64,000 nt of DNA from Candidatus Hydrogenedentota bacterium (GCA_045863295.1 BTWA01000007.1:151709-215708); one strand, 5' to 3'. Shown: positions 10,372 through 21,499, counted from the stretch's first letter. The notes: a model not told the origin generated them from the sequence alone. Translations and numbers: made by a program.

Positions 10372-12753
10372 TCAAACCCTGTCCAGCAACTCGCGCACTT
10401 TGCTGGCCAGTACTTGAGGTGAGAAGGGTTTCTGAATAAAATCGGCTTCTGCGGTGGAAATACCTCGCAACAATACAGCGTCATTGGTGTAGCCCGACAT
10501 ATACAACACCTTGGTGTCTGGCCGCGATTCCATGAGGATTTCCACCATTTCGCGCCCATTCAGCTCGGGCATAATCACATCCGTCAATACAAGATGAATG
10601 TGGCCTTGAAAATCCGCGGCTACTTTGACTGCCTCAGTTCCGTTACGTGCTTTTAGAACCGTGTAGCCGCAGGTTTCCAGAATGCGTTGAGTCAGCGCGA
10701 GCACGGTGCTTTCGTCCTCAACGAGAAGCACTGTTTCAGTACCGACTGCCATACGAGTGCGTTTAGGCGTCCTTATTGCCGATTCTGCCGCCGTACCTGC
10801 CGCTGGCAGATAGATGGTAAATACCGTTCCAATTCCCACTTCACTTTGAGTTTGTATATGCCCGTTACACTGTTTAACAATTCCATACACTGTAGATAGA
10901 CCTAGGCCCGTACCTTCTCCTGGGCTTTTTGTCGAATAGTAAGGCTCGAATACGTGTTCCATTACTTCCTGTGTCATGCCGCACCCTGTATCCCTGACCT
11001 CCAAAATCACATACGAACCTGGTTTCAAGTCCATCATGGGTACTATTGCAGACCCAATGTTCACATTAGCCGTCTCCAAAACGATAGTCCCGCCTTTGGG
11101 CATGGCATCTCGTGCGTTTACCACTAGATTCATCACGATCTGCTCCAATTGTCCCGCGTCCGCGAGTATCTTGTCCAGAGCCGGCTCCAGCTTGGTCACC
11201 AGTGTGATATGTTCGCCCACTAGGCGGCGTAACAGGTCGTCCAGATCCTGAATCAAGGTATTCAAGTTGAGGATCTTATATTCCACAACCTGTTTTCGGC
11301 TGAACGCGAGCAACTGTTTGGTGAGCGAGGCGGCGCGCGTGCCGGACTTGGAGATGGTTGCTATTAGCTCAATCTGGTCGGGGCTCAGGCCTTCCGAGCC
11401 GAGTAGTACATCGCAACATCCCGTAATGATCATAATGAGGTTATTAAAATCATGAGCTACTCCCCCTGCCAGTTTGCCAATTGCTTCGATCTTTTGGCTT
11501 CTGCGCAATTCCTCTTCCAGGCGCTTTCGCTCCATGCCCACGGCAATCGTGTGGGCTATTGACACGAGTCCATCGAACAGGCTGTCTGCGATTTCACGCT
11601 GGGTAAAGATGGCGAGCATCCCGAGCAGCCGGCCCTCCACGACAAGGGGAATTCCCGCGAAATCGTTGAAGTTCCCACCAACCAGCCCATAGATGGCGTG
11701 AAACTCAGAATCGAGCATGGGGTGATGAATGTGATCTGCCCGCCTCCGTTCGGCGATGCGCCCTATGGGGGTCTCGCCGACGGCAATCAAAGAATCGGAG
11801 GTCTGGCACGATTCCCACAAGCCCGAACTGCAGACGTGTTGCAGAGTATTGCATGACGCCTTGACAGTCCATAAGCGTACTAGCTCTGCATTTAGATTTC
11901 GGGCGATGGACTCGAGACAAAGCTTTACCATCCCATCGGCTGTAATAGCCTGAGTGACAGCAAGCGAAACGTCCTCGTTCATGGAGGCAATGGCGCCGAG
12001 CCGGCTGCCGGATTGATCCCGAAAAACCGACACAATACCGTTGGGCCGAGCCCGCTCGTCCCGAATGCAACTTGAAGTTGTATCGATGGGGACCGCCACA
12101 TTGTCACGATTGATGAGTACCGTACTTTCCGCAAGATGCACGATCGGCCCTTCGCTTACGTCATCAATGGCGATCGGTGTTCCATTGGAGCGGTGAGACA
12201 GCCGAAGTACCTCATGTAGCCGGCGTCCCACTGCCTGCTGGCGGTTCCACGCGGTTATGGATTCCGCTCCGCGATTCATGAGCGTAATGCGTCCATCGTT
12301 GTCGGTGGCAATCACAGCGTCGGCCGGCTCTGCGATACTGTCCGCAAACCACTGTTCGACCCTCCGCAGACGTGTCTCCATCCGGTGCCGGTATAGCGCA
12401 ATTTCGATATTGGCTCGCAGTTCACGTTCGGAAAACGGCTTCACAATATAGGCGAAAGGCTCGGTAACCTTGGCCCGTTCGAGCGTCTTGTCGTCGGTAT
12501 ACGCGGTTACATAGATTACGGGGACTTGGCGCCGGATTTTTATTTCCGAGGCCGCTTCAATTCCATCCAAGTCGCCTTTCAACACGATGTCCATCAATAC
12601 CAAATCGGGATTCAGCATGTCCGCAAGTTGGATAGCTTCCACGCCCGAACCAGCGACGGCACATACTTCATAGCCCATGCCTCGCAGACGCGTCTCCAGT
12701 TCTCGCGCGATGATAATCTCATCGTCGACTATCAGGATGCGTGAGGTGGACAT
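10372..12753 (-). CDS. Hybrid sensor kinase (REC-PAS-GAF-HisKA-HATPase-REC)
   Basis: N-terminal ILIVDDE receiver; AHDFNN H-box; NLVVNARDAM; GTGLGLS; C-terminal VLLVEDE receiver. Confidence 0.92.
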   Translation of the reverse strand: MSTSRILIVDDEIIIARELETRLRGMGYEVCAVAGSGVEAIQLADMLNPDLVLMDIVLKGDLDGIEAASEIKIRRQVPVIYVTAYTDDKTLERAKVTEPFAYIVKPFSERELRANIEIALYRHRMETRLRRVEQWFADSIAEPADAVIATDNDGRITLMNRGAESITAWNRQQAVGRRLHEVLRLSHRSNGTPIAIDDVSEGPIVHLAESTVLINRDNVAVPIDTTSSCIRDERARPNGIVSVFRDQSGSRLGAIASMNEDVSLAVTQAITADGMVKLCLESIARNLNAELVRLWTVKASCNTLQHVCSSGLWESCQTSDSLIAVGETPIGRIAERRRADHIHHPMLDSEFHAIYGLVGGNFNDFAGIPLVVEGRLLGMLAIFTQREIADSLFDGLVSIAHTIAVGMERKRLEEELRRSQKIEAIGKLAGGVAHDFNNLIMIITGCCDVLLGSEGLSPDQIELIATISKSGTRAASLTKQLLAFSRKQVVEYKILNLNTLIQDLDDLLRRLVGEHITLVTKLEPALDKILADAGQLEQIVMNLVVNARDAMPKGGTIVLETANVNIGSAIVPMMDLKPGSYVILEVRDTGCGMTQEVMEHVFEPYYSTKSPGEGTGLGLSTVYGIVKQCNGHIQTQSEVGIGTVFTIYLPAAGTAAESAIRTPKRTRMAVGTETVLLVEDESTVLALTQRILETCGYTVLKARNGTEAVKVAADFQGHIHLVLTDVIMPELNGREMVEILMESRPDTKVLYMSGYTNDAVLLRGISTAEADFIQKPFSPQVLASKVRELLDRV

Positions 12754-12757
12754 GGTG

Positions 12758-13834
12758 TCAACTTCGCTCCTTGTAATGGGGTTCGCGAAAGCCTATTCGA
12801 AATGTAGTGCCCTCTTGAACGACCACGTCCATAGTGCCTTCCAGTTGCTGTGTCAGGTCGGCCACCAGCTTTAATCCAAGCGAATTGCTATCGCGCCAAT
12901 TTAATTCTGGCGGCAAGCCCCGGCCGTTGTCACGGACGGTCAGTTCATACTGCTGATCGCCTTTGCGCTCCAGTGATATCCACATGCGGCCCGAGGTGCC
13001 TTCCGGGAATGCATGCTTAATTACATTTGCCACCAATTCATTAATGACCAGACCACAGGGAATCGCGGTGTCAATATCGAGCGAAGCATCGACTATGGTC
13101 AACTCCACGGACAGCTTGCCTTGCTGGATCGCATAGGTCCGCAACAAATCGGCCACCAGGTCCCGAACATACTCCGAGAAATCGATCCGCGTAAATTCGG
13201 GCGAGCGGTAGAATTTCTCATGGATTAACGCAATCGACTTTACACGGTTCTGGCTTTCCTGGAGTAGTTCGGCCACGTCAGGGTCTGTCAAGTACGTGGA
13301 TTGCAGGAACAACAGAGACGATATCACCTGCAGATTGTTCTTCACTCGATGATGAACTTCTTTAAGATACATTTCACGGGCTTGAAGGGCTTGGGCTTCC
13401 ACACGTTTGCGCTCGGTCGCATCACGTATTACGCCCAGTACGAGACCGCCGGTGGTGAGGTTTAGTGGGCTAAGCATAATGTCGACAGGGAATTCAGTGC
13501 CGTCTTTGCGGCGGCCAAACAATTCCAGCCCCGCACCCATCGGGCGCGTCTTGGGCGCTGAGATATACCCGGAGCGTACGCCCACATGCTTGCTGGCAAG
13601 GCGAGTGGGGACGAGCACTTCCACCAATTGGCCGACCAACTCATCATTGCCATAGCCAAACATTTTTCCGGATTGCGCATTGGACAAGACGATTCTTCCG
13701 GAGTGGTCCACAAGCAGGATCGCATCCGGTGCAGATTCGAAGATGCTGAGCAGGATTTCCGGGTTTTGCACCAAGGTCCCAGGTGATTCGATGTCCATTT
13801 CAGAGCGAATATTGCGTGTGTGGTCAAGAGTCAC
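12758..13834 (-). CDS. PAS-domain HisKA_2-type histidine kinase
   Basis: PAS domain (RRKDGTEFPVDIMLSP); EVHHRVKNNLQVISSLL H-box; GTG start with SD. Confidence 0.9.
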   Translation of the reverse strand: MTLDHTRNIRSEMDIESPGTLVQNPEILLSIFESAPDAILLVDHSGRIVLSNAQSGKMFGYGNDELVGQLVEVLVPTRLASKHVGVRSGYISAPKTRPMGAGLELFGRRKDGTEFPVDIMLSPLNLTTGGLVLGVIRDATERKRVEAQALQAREMYLKEVHHRVKNNLQVISSLLFLQSTYLTDPDVAELLQESQNRVKSIALIHEKFYRSPEFTRIDFSEYVRDLVADLLRTYAIQQGKLSVELTIVDASLDIDTAIPCGLVINELVANVIKHAFPEGTSGRMWISLERKGDQQYELTVRDNGRGLPPELNWRDSNSLGLKLVADLTQQLEGTMDVVVQEGTTFRIGFREPHYKERS

Positions 13835-14119
13835 ATTTACCGCTCCCTCGCCGAAATGTGAAATCTTTGAGTCCAGCCTTGCTCATCCATTATAGCGTGA
13901 AACCGTACACGATTGTTCGGGTTTCTTCGATGGGCCGGGGTGTGTGGAAGTAATTGACAGGCAGGCAATTAACGCTAGTATATAGATGTAATGACCGCTA
14001 TATGCTGGCCTGGGCGCCTTTCGCAGTACGCCAGAAATGCCCCGGTTTACTTGCAGCTACATTGCTCATGGAATCGAAATGGGGCGACCCGAAAATTCGG
14101 AAGAGCTCAGGGTTCTAAC

Positions 14120-16888
14120 TTAGAGCGAAAGCTCAACGATTCCAAAAAAACCCAATGGTGCGTATGCGGCAGAGCCGCCGAATCGAATTCGATACGGTGA
14201 GCCCATGACTTCGATCAGTTCCTTAAGGGCCGGCTTACCTGCACAATCGTACCGGGCGACCGCACCTCCACCAATATTCACATAGGCACTGTTTCCGTTG
14301 GCATCGATCAGATTCCCCCATTCCGGGGTGATCAACGTGCCTTCGCCCAGTTGAATGCTTCCGTTTGCCGCCACATTTGCCGCGTGGATTCGCACTCCAT
14401 TCATATACGATTCGATAAAGACTTTCGATCCTCGCCCGACCACGCGAGCTGTTCCGGTTGGAAGGAACACGCTGGCAATTTCCGTCACACCGGTACCGCC
14501 CGTCCATGCGACTGTTCGAAGCAGGCTGCGATATGACTCATCGTTCTGCCATTCATCGTCTCGAAGCGTGAGCAGACCATTGGGTGCATCGTAGCGGACG
14601 AATGTCCCAGGAACGTTTACCGTAGGTCCAGCTTGACCCGTTGACGGGTCAAATTCCGTCACAAAGTAGGCGCACAATGGCGGCGCATAGATCAGGGGAG
14701 ACGACGGAAGCACGTACTCCTTTGAAGAAATGTACAACTTGTTGGCGTTCTGATCGATGGAAACCACAGCAGGCACTCCCAAACCGACAGTACCTGTCCA
14801 AACGAGTGTATCGAGGTTAACAAGAGCAAGTCCCTCTGCCGGAGGTGCGTTGCCAATCACGCTGTTGTATTGTCCCGCTGAGCACCGTAACACCAGCGAA
14901 TTCCCAGTTACAAATGTGGAGGGCTGCATATGGCTAGGCCACCAAGGTCCGTAAATGGCGTCGGAAGCGATGCTACTGCTTACGTCAGCGCCGGATCCCT
15001 GGGCAGCAGCCGCCATGTCATATGGCAAAATCCACCAATACCCGTAGTGCGGCCAAACATTTACATTCACTGGCCCGGAAACAACCGGATGCGAGGGGTC
15101 GGTAAAGTTTACCTTTGCGACTTTGTAACCCGCATCGTCATTCCAGGAAGTGCCTACAAGGACGACGTTGTCGCCATAGACGTGGCTGCCGAACAGTTCG
15201 CCGATTGCGATCTGTACGGATCCGACTGCTGCTTTTAATGGAAGGCCGGTAGCCCGTGCTATCGTCTTGCCGGTGTCGAATTGGGTAATCAACTCAACAC
15301 CCAGCGAGTTGGATAGCTCCAGAAAGTCCGTCACATTCTCCGCGAGCACAAGGGAATTCGCAACCGTTGGATTGTCCAAGTCGGTGCCATCCACTGTAGC
15401 GAGTTGCTCGGTGGTCAGACCGAAGAGCTCGCTATTCCATTCAAAGGATCGCAATACGCTGCCCTGTAGGTCGATAGTACCGCGCAAAGCCAAGTCGGTG
15501 GGGGCCCATGAGATAAATTGAAGGCGATCAAACCCGCCGCCGATCTCCTCCCATCCTGAAAACGGCACAATAAGGAGATCATCCAGGACGGTGAAGGCTT
15601 TTACATCGTCGTATGCGCTCGACCACGACCAGTTTTGACCAAAGCTGACTTTATCCGCCAGAGTAGGATTGCTCGGGTCCGAAATATCAAATAAGCTCAC
15701 ACTTACGCGCCGTCCATTGGTATCGTCTACGCCTAGAGCAATCAATTTATCTCCGCGCGGCTCGATGTGCGTGGACCATCCCGGAACTTCCAGTTCACCT
15801 GCGACAGCGGGATTCGAGGGATCAGAAAGATCGACTACAAAGAGAGGATCGACCACAAAGTAGGTGACAACATAGGCGAGCGGCCCATCAAACCGTGTTG
15901 CGAACAGGGAATCTCCGCGCGCCCGTTCGAACTCAAGTTCCGCCAGCACCGTTAAATTGTCGGGATCAGCCAAATCGACCGTGGTCACATAGACGCGCCG
16001 CTGTTCGCTCCAAGCATTTGAAACCACCCGCAGCACACCCATGTATTCGTCCATCTTGAACTTATCGGCAACGTATCCGGCAACAGTAACTGCCCCGCGC
16101 ACCGTCATGGCCCCATTGGGTTTGGATATGTCCACATAGGCTATCGAGGTCGTATCCGATTGCCAGTTGTGCTGCGCGACGTATATAGCGGTAGGTGAGG
16201 CCTGAACGACATCGCCGATTCCTGCCAGTCCAACTTCATCGGCTTCGAATATATTGCTCTCGTTCGCTACATTGATGCTAGTAACGCGCGAAGCCGAAGT
16301 TTTGGTTTTTACGGCCTGCCCTTCAGCCCAATACCATTCGTAATCCGCTGTGACGGCATAGATCACGCTTCCAACCATGCGGCTGTCCGACAGGTCTCCT
16401 TCAAAATCAAAGGAGGAGACGATTGACATGTTTTCCGGATCCGCAATATTGACAACATACAGGCGCGAAGCAATGTCGTATTCGACCGTATCACCATTTA
16501 CGGTATACTTCGACGCATAAGAAACGAGAACGAAAGCCCGATTGCCATTGATATACAGGTCGCGTGGGTATCCGAATGTGGGCGTCTGGTCCAGAATGCG
16601 TTTGTCCGTCAAATCAACGGTTGTTAATCCCCTGTGCTGGTTCAAAACATAGAGGATGTCATCCTCTTGACGGATGACATCTGGCTCCACAACTTCACGG
16701 ATACTCTCTGGAGGCCCCCCCGCGTCGTTGGTCGCTTCCGCACCGCCGCCCGCAAGATAATCCAATGCATCAAAGAACCCGCGTGAACCGCCCTGCAATT
16801 CCGCGCTCGTGAAGCGGTAGCTGCCCTCACAACCCCAAAACAAGCTGCTCATGAGCAGTACGCTCAGGAGCGCAATACGCGTTTGCAT
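14120..16888 (-). CDS. Beta-propeller domain lipoprotein (Beta_propel family)
   Basis: Lipobox-like LFWGC; VVEPDVIR, FKMDEY-GVLRVVS, ATRFDGPLAYVVTY-VVDPLFVVDLSDP, GELEVPGWS. Confidence 0.8.
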   Translation of the reverse strand: MQTRIALLSVLLMSSLFWGCEGSYRFTSAELQGGSRGFFDALDYLAGGGAEATNDAGGPPESIREVVEPDVIRQEDDILYVLNQHRGLTTVDLTDKRILDQTPTFGYPRDLYINGNRAFVLVSYASKYTVNGDTVEYDIASRLYVVNIADPENMSIVSSFDFEGDLSDSRMVGSVIYAVTADYEWYWAEGQAVKTKTSASRVTSINVANESNIFEADEVGLAGIGDVVQASPTAIYVAQHNWQSDTTSIAYVDISKPNGAMTVRGAVTVAGYVADKFKMDEYMGVLRVVSNAWSEQRRVYVTTVDLADPDNLTVLAELEFERARGDSLFATRFDGPLAYVVTYFVVDPLFVVDLSDPSNPAVAGELEVPGWSTHIEPRGDKLIALGVDDTNGRRVSVSLFDISDPSNPTLADKVSFGQNWSWSSAYDDVKAFTVLDDLLIVPFSGWEEIGGGFDRLQFISWAPTDLALRGTIDLQGSVLRSFEWNSELFGLTTEQLATVDGTDLDNPTVANSLVLAENVTDFLELSNSLGVELITQFDTGKTIARATGLPLKAAVGSVQIAIGELFGSHVYGDNVVLVGTSWNDDAGYKVAKVNFTDPSHPVVSGPVNVNVWPHYGYWWILPYDMAAAAQGSGADVSSSIASDAIYGPWWPSHMQPSTFVTGNSLVLRCSAGQYNSVIGNAPPAEGLALVNLDTLVWTGTVGLGVPAVVSIDQNANKLYISSKEYVLPSSPLIYAPPLCAYFVTEFDPSTGQAGPTVNVPGTFVRYDAPNGLLTLRDDEWQNDESYRSLLRTVAWTGGTGVTEIASVFLPTGTARVVGRGSKVFIESYMNGVRIHAANVAANGSIQLGEGTLITPEWGNLIDANGNSAYVNIGGGAVARYDCAGKPALKELIEVMGSPYRIRFGGSAAYAPLGFFGIVELSL

Positions 16889-17006
16889 GACTACTTTATC
16901 CCGGTTGGTTGGCCGTGTCGCGGGCATGTAACAGGACATGGATTCGCGTCGCCAACGATTCCCCTTTATTATACACCGTCGGTCCCAAAGCTGTTACACC
17001 GGTGGA

Positions 17007-17693
17007 TTACTCTTGAAACCGATATCCGACGCCGTGCACGGTCCGGATGATGAGCGGGTTGTGCGGGTCCAATTCGATGCGTTTGCGCAATTGGGATATG
17101 TGCTGGTCCAGGGTTCGGCTGTTGGGCATATGGTCCAGTCCCCAGCACGCGTCAAAGAAGGTATTTCGATCCACCACTTCACCCCGCCTTTGATACAGCA
17201 ATTCCAGTATACGCACGTCGCGCAGGCTAAGTTCGATCACTTGGGCACCCCGCCTTGCACGCAGTTCGGCTGGAAACACATCTATGTCTGCCATTCGGAT
17301 GGCTTTTGGTTTTGTCCCCTGCTGTTTCTGCATCAGACAGCGGCGCGTTACAGCCCGGATACGCGCGACAACTTCCCGTACCCCAAACGGCTTGACGATA
17401 AAGTCGTCCGCGCCCAATTCCAACCCAACCACCTTGTCCATTTCTTCGGATTTTGCACTTATAAACACAATCGGAGTGGACTCATTGCGCTTGCGGATCT
17501 CCCTGCATGCCGAATACCCATCCTTATCCGGCATCATAATGTCCAGACAGACAAAATCCGGATTCTCCTGCTCGAAGAGGAGCACAGCTTCGTTGCCATC
17601 GGCCGCGCAAATGGGTACGTACCCTTCATGGGCAAGCACCTCGGCAAGACCTTCACGCGTATGCTTGTCATCTTCTGCGATGAGTACTTTCAT
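17007..17693 (-). CDS. OmpR/PhoB-family response regulator
   Basis: Receiver domain plus winged helix (SRTLDQHISQLRKRIE, TVHGVGYRF). Confidence 0.95.
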   Translation of the reverse strand: MKVLIAEDDKHTREGLAEVLAHEGYVPICAADGNEAVLLFEQENPDFVCLDIMMPDKDGYSACREIRKRNESTPIVFISAKSEEMDKVVGLELGADDFIVKPFGVREVVARIRAVTRRCLMQKQQGTKPKAIRMADIDVFPAELRARRGAQVIELSLRDVRILELLYQRRGEVVDRNTFFDACWGLDHMPNSRTLDQHISQLRKRIELDPHNPLIIRTVHGVGYRFQE

Positions 17694-19273
17694 GACTCGC
17701 CTTCCGTACGCAATGCGATTTTGAACGTCGCACCCGTGTCCGCAGGTTCCAGAGTGAGGTCGCCTCCGTGCAGCCGGGCCAATTGGCGCGATATGGTCAA
17801 TCCAAGTCCGACTCCCGAAACACCTTCCTTGATCTGGTCAGTCACGCGATGAAATGCGTCGAAGATATGTTGATGGTGTTGACTTGGTATACCCGGACCG
17901 TCGTCGTAAACGAAAACCGAAGTCATGCCGGCGTATTGCTCTGAGCGAATGTGGACGTGGGCTCCTCTGCCGGCGTATTTCTCCACGTTGCTCAACAAGT
18001 TACCCAATATCTGTTCGAAGATGTCGCGGTCAAACGCGACAATGGCAGGGGCGCCTGGGTCAAACGACGCTTTGATTTCTTTTGCGCGGAAGGTCTCTTC
18101 AAACTGAGCTAGTACGCCTTGGACAGCGGAATCAATATCACCGTGGGATTTGTGAATCGTCGGTCCACCTTGTTTGTCTCGGCTGAACGTCAGCACATTC
18201 GCGATCATGCGGCTCAATCGCTGACTCTCCGACACAATGACGTCAAGCCGCCTGCGCGTATCGGGCCTCAAGTCCTCTAATTCGGACTCCAGTAGTTCGG
18301 CGTACAAGCGTATGTTCGTGAGAGGTGTTTTCAACTCATGCGATACTTGATTGACGAAACTTACCCGTTGCAGGGCATCACGGACTGCTCGCGTATGCTC
18401 GCGATAAAAATAGAACGCAGCACAAAAAAGGGCGATTCCAAGGACCGAAATGCTGATGGCCACGGTAAATCCCAGAGTATGGCCGCTCGTTACAGCGCTT
18501 ACAGGTACGAAGTACCGCAGGTGCCAGAATTGGAGCGGCGGCCGTAGTGCTGTTTCGGCCAATGGGGATTGCATGGCATCCGCCGGATATCCACCCCATT
18601 GATAGAGAACCGCACCTTGTTCGTCCATCAACTCAATCCTGCCGTTGGCGAGGGGGGATTCGCCGGTTGGCATCCCTGGCCATGCCAATGGGAGTGAAGC
18701 AACAATGTCCGAAGTCAACCGAACTTCATTGATTTCGGCGCCAACGATGCGCCCCGAAGCTTCGCGCCACCAGTAGAGCAGCCGTATTCCCTGTTCCCAA
18801 TACCCGGCATGCCAGCCTGACGACGTGAATCCGCCGCCCTTTCCAGCTACAGAGGATTGGCTGCTTTCCACTTGTCCACCGGGTATTTCACCGTTCTCCC
18901 AAATTGACTGAGTGCGGCGAAGAAAAGACAATTCGCTTTCCGTAAGCGATTCCGATGGCTTTGGGTAGAGCAATGTGCCTTGAGCGTCGAGGACGAAATA
19001 CTGACGCACGAGGCTTGATTGGAAGCACAGTGCCCGAAACCTGTCCGGCGATAGACTGGAGTGCGCACCTTCGGCGACTATTTCGCGCTGCCATTTTTCG
19101 ATTACTTGCGCAATCCCCACCGCAGTCTCATTAAGCACGCTGCCCAGGACATCGCGAAACCGCACCCCGATCATTTCCTGTTCCCGCTGCACGAGGGCGG
19201 CCCCCAGCCACGTCATGGCGGCCAGGGGCACCAATACGATCAACAGGAAGACTAACAGCAGCCTGGGCTTCAC
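17690..19273 (-). CDS. Membrane sensor histidine kinase
   Basis: Two TM segments; VSHELKTPL H-box; DDGPGI, GVGLGL. Overlaps the regulator start by 4 nt. Confidence 0.93.
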   Translation of the reverse strand: MKPRLLLVFLLIVLVPLAAMTWLGAALVQREQEMIGVRFRDVLGSVLNETAVGIAQVIEKWQREIVAEGAHSSLSPDRFRALCFQSSLVRQYFVLDAQGTLLYPKPSESLTESELSFLRRTQSIWENGEIPGGQVESSQSSVAGKGGGFTSSGWHAGYWEQGIRLLYWWREASGRIVGAEINEVRLTSDIVASLPLAWPGMPTGESPLANGRIELMDEQGAVLYQWGGYPADAMQSPLAETALRPPLQFWHLRYFVPVSAVTSGHTLGFTVAISISVLGIALFCAAFYFYREHTRAVRDALQRVSFVNQVSHELKTPLTNIRLYAELLESELEDLRPDTRRRLDVIVSESQRLSRMIANVLTFSRDKQGGPTIHKSHGDIDSAVQGVLAQFEETFRAKEIKASFDPGAPAIVAFDRDIFEQILGNLLSNVEKYAGRGAHVHIRSEQYAGMTSVFVYDDGPGIPSQHHQHIFDAFHRVTDQIKEGVSGVGLGLTISRQLARLHGGDLTLEPADTGATFKIALRTEGES

Positions 19274-19306
19274 TCCGACATTGAACCTCCACGTTGTCTG
19301 TCCAGT

Positions 19307-20026
19307 CTATTCCAGTTGAAACGTTGCATGTACTGTAACCTGGATTTCGATCGAGCCCGGTGCGAATGTTCCGCTAACCGAATCGGAATCGCTGCCGCCT
19401 GCCGGACTAACATAGACTACATTGCTTTGCGAAAGGGCGGAGATAGGCATCATTGCCGGCTGTGATTCGATTATGGTTAACACTTTGCCGGCCTTCGCCC
19501 CGACCGTTTCCGCCATGACCCGGGCCTTGTCGTGCGCGATTCGCAATGCGTCGAGGCGGGTTTGCCACCGAATCTCCTCGCGCTTGGAGGAGTCAAACAG
19601 AAAGCTCGCTTCCATATCGGTACTCGCTGCCAGCTTGGAGAGGTATTCATCAAATCGCGACAAGTCGCGCTGTTTGATCGTCACGCCCCGTCGTACGGAA
19701 AACCCTCTAAAAGTGCGGCCCCGGGTGCTCTTGTTTTCCTCATACATGCGGGAAATGTCCAGAAATCCGGTTTGGATGTCTTCGCCGGAGATCTTGAGTT
19801 CCTTCAAGAGCGCCATGATTGATGACAATTTGCGATCGCTGGCCGACTTCGCGGTGGCTAGTTCCTGATTCTCGTCCGTGGTCTGGATAGACCAGACAAT
19901 AATGTCGGGCACCACCCTCGTGGTGGCCGTACCGCTAACCGAAATCGAGCGCGATTGTGTCGCGACGTCCTGTGCGTACACGCCTGAAGCCATTGCAATC
20001 AAGCACATGCAAGTTCGAGCCAGCAT
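19307..20026 (-). CDS. SIMPL/DUF541 domain periplasmic protein
   Basis: Signal peptide; ISVSGTA...VPD; AHDKARVMAE; PGSIEIQVTVHATF. Confidence 0.85.
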   Translation of the reverse strand: MLARTCMCLIAMASGVYAQDVATQSRSISVSGTATTRVVPDIIVWSIQTTDENQELATAKSASDRKLSSIMALLKELKISGEDIQTGFLDISRMYEENKSTRGRTFRGFSVRRGVTIKQRDLSRFDEYLSKLAASTDMEASFLFDSSKREEIRWQTRLDALRIAHDKARVMAETVGAKAGKVLTIIESQPAMMPISALSQSNVVYVSPAGGSDSDSVSGTFAPGSIEIQVTVHATFQLE

Positions 20027-20038
20027 GACACCTCTCCT

Positions 20039-21376
20039 TTACCGTTTCTGTTGCGTGATAAGGCCCTGTTGGCTCTCGATGAGCACTTTACGTTGCCGCT
20101 TGTAATTCGTCTCGTCCAAATTCTCACTCGCGATGCTGTTGGTGCGGGAGTACTCTTCAAGGTCTTTGCTGTCGTATTTGGCCGCGTTTTGAATCAGGTA
20201 GTTGCTGTTGGAGATGAACATCTGGCGTGATTCTTCAATCTTGCCTTCATCGCGTAAACGAGTCGCCAATTTATTTTGCTCGACGCCGATTTGAAGTACG
20301 GCGGCCGCCATCACATCTTCGTTTGTTTGTTCCTTTACATCCGTAGGGTCATCGGTAAAGGCAATCGTTACCTTGCGGTTCAGCGTTGTGGCGTTTCCTG
20401 TCGCCAAATTGGAATAGTCTACCTGCACGAACGCCAAGTCCCTCTCTGAGCCGCTCGCACCGGCAGGCACCTCTACCTCAAGGATAAGGTACTTGGTCTG
20501 GTCGCTGTACAACTGATTCAGGGTGAGCATCACATTCTGGCCCGAAACGACTGCCTCGCGGCCGAGAACACGTACCGGACGAATCCCTGCCGCACAGCGA
20601 ATCGATATGTTTACTTGTTGTGCGACCACCGCCAGTACATCGCCAAATTCGCGCGCAAATGCGTCGTCGAGGTCGGATGGACGTTCGGCAAACATGTGAT
20701 TGCCGTCGCTTGCCATCGCCAGACGGGTCATCAGGTCTTCGTTGTAGTCGAGACCCAGCCCAATGGTGCTTACTGCAATGCCGTCGCGGCCCAGTGACCT
20801 TCCCAAATCGCCCAACTCGCCAGGCGAACTGGGACCCACGTTGGCCAATCCATCAGACAACAGAATGATGCGGTTGACCTGTTGCTTCTCAAGAAATTTC
20901 CGTAGTTCAGCGGCCCCTCGGCTTACTCCCGCAAACAGTGCGGTTGAGTGATCCGCGCTCAGCTTCTCCACGGCCTCGTAAATTGAAGCACGATCGGTCA
21001 GCCTTGTTGCCGGTACCAAAACGAGTACATTTGTGTCGTACGCCACGATTGAGACAATGTCGCGATCGTTCAGGCGGCCAATTGCCATGCGGACCGCCTG
21101 TTTCGCATTCTCGATTTTTTCCCCCTGCATGGATCCGGATTTGTCCAACACAAAGGCTATGTTGACTGGAGCCCGGTCGGACTCACGTTCCGGTTTGAAA
21201 CCAGTCATGGCTACACGCAAGTATGCCGTTTGTTGTTGTGACGCGAGGACAACGGGGGTACCCAGAGCCGCATCGATTTCGATTTCCTTGGCCTGGATGG
21301 CGATGGGAGCGAGGAAACACGCGAAGACAGCCCATACTGCATACTGCGGCTTAAATCGGTTTTTTAAGGCGCTCAT
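20039..21376 (-). CDS. von Willebrand factor A domain protein (YfbK-like)
   Basis: MIDAS motif VLDKSGSM; ILLSDGLANVG; STIGLGLDYNEDLM. SD AAGGAGG upstream. Confidence 0.88.
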   Translation of the reverse strand: MSALKNRFKPQYAVWAVFACFLAPIAIQAKEIEIDAALGTPVVLASQQQTAYLRVAMTGFKPERESDRAPVNIAFVLDKSGSMQGEKIENAKQAVRMAIGRLNDRDIVSIVAYDTNVLVLVPATRLTDRASIYEAVEKLSADHSTALFAGVSRGAAELRKFLEKQQVNRIILLSDGLANVGPSSPGELGDLGRSLGRDGIAVSTIGLGLDYNEDLMTRLAMASDGNHMFAERPSDLDDAFAREFGDVLAVVAQQVNISIRCAAGIRPVRVLGREAVVSGQNVMLTLNQLYSDQTKYLILEVEVPAGASGSERDLAFVQVDYSNLATGNATTLNRKVTIAFTDDPTDVKEQTNEDVMAAAVLQIGVEQNKLATRLRDEGKIEESRQMFISNSNYLIQNAAKYDSKDLEEYSRTNSIASENLDETNYKRQRKVLIESQQGLITQQKR

Positions 21377-21470
21377 ACGAACCTCCTTACCCTTTCTGGG
21401 TTGTGCCGCGGTTGCGGCGTTTGTCACGCCCTTAGGGTAAGAATTTTGACTGTCAGTGTGGTCAGATGTT

Positions 21471-21499
21471 GTTCAAAATGGTGTAAAAAAAGTGTAAAA
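21471..21499 (-). promoter_or_regulatory. Tandem direct repeat (TTTTACAC-N3-TTTTACAC-N2-TTTTGAAC), putative OmpR-family binding site
   Basis: GTGTAAAA at 21481 and 21492 (11-bp period) plus GTTCAAAA at 21471, upstream of an operon encoding an OmpR regulator. Confidence 0.5.

Noticed and set aside
16938..17852. 304-aa plus-strand ORF (likewise 25550-26785 and other long antisense ORFs)
   Set aside because: These are shadow ORFs opposite well-supported genes in GC-rich DNA, with no recognisable motifs.
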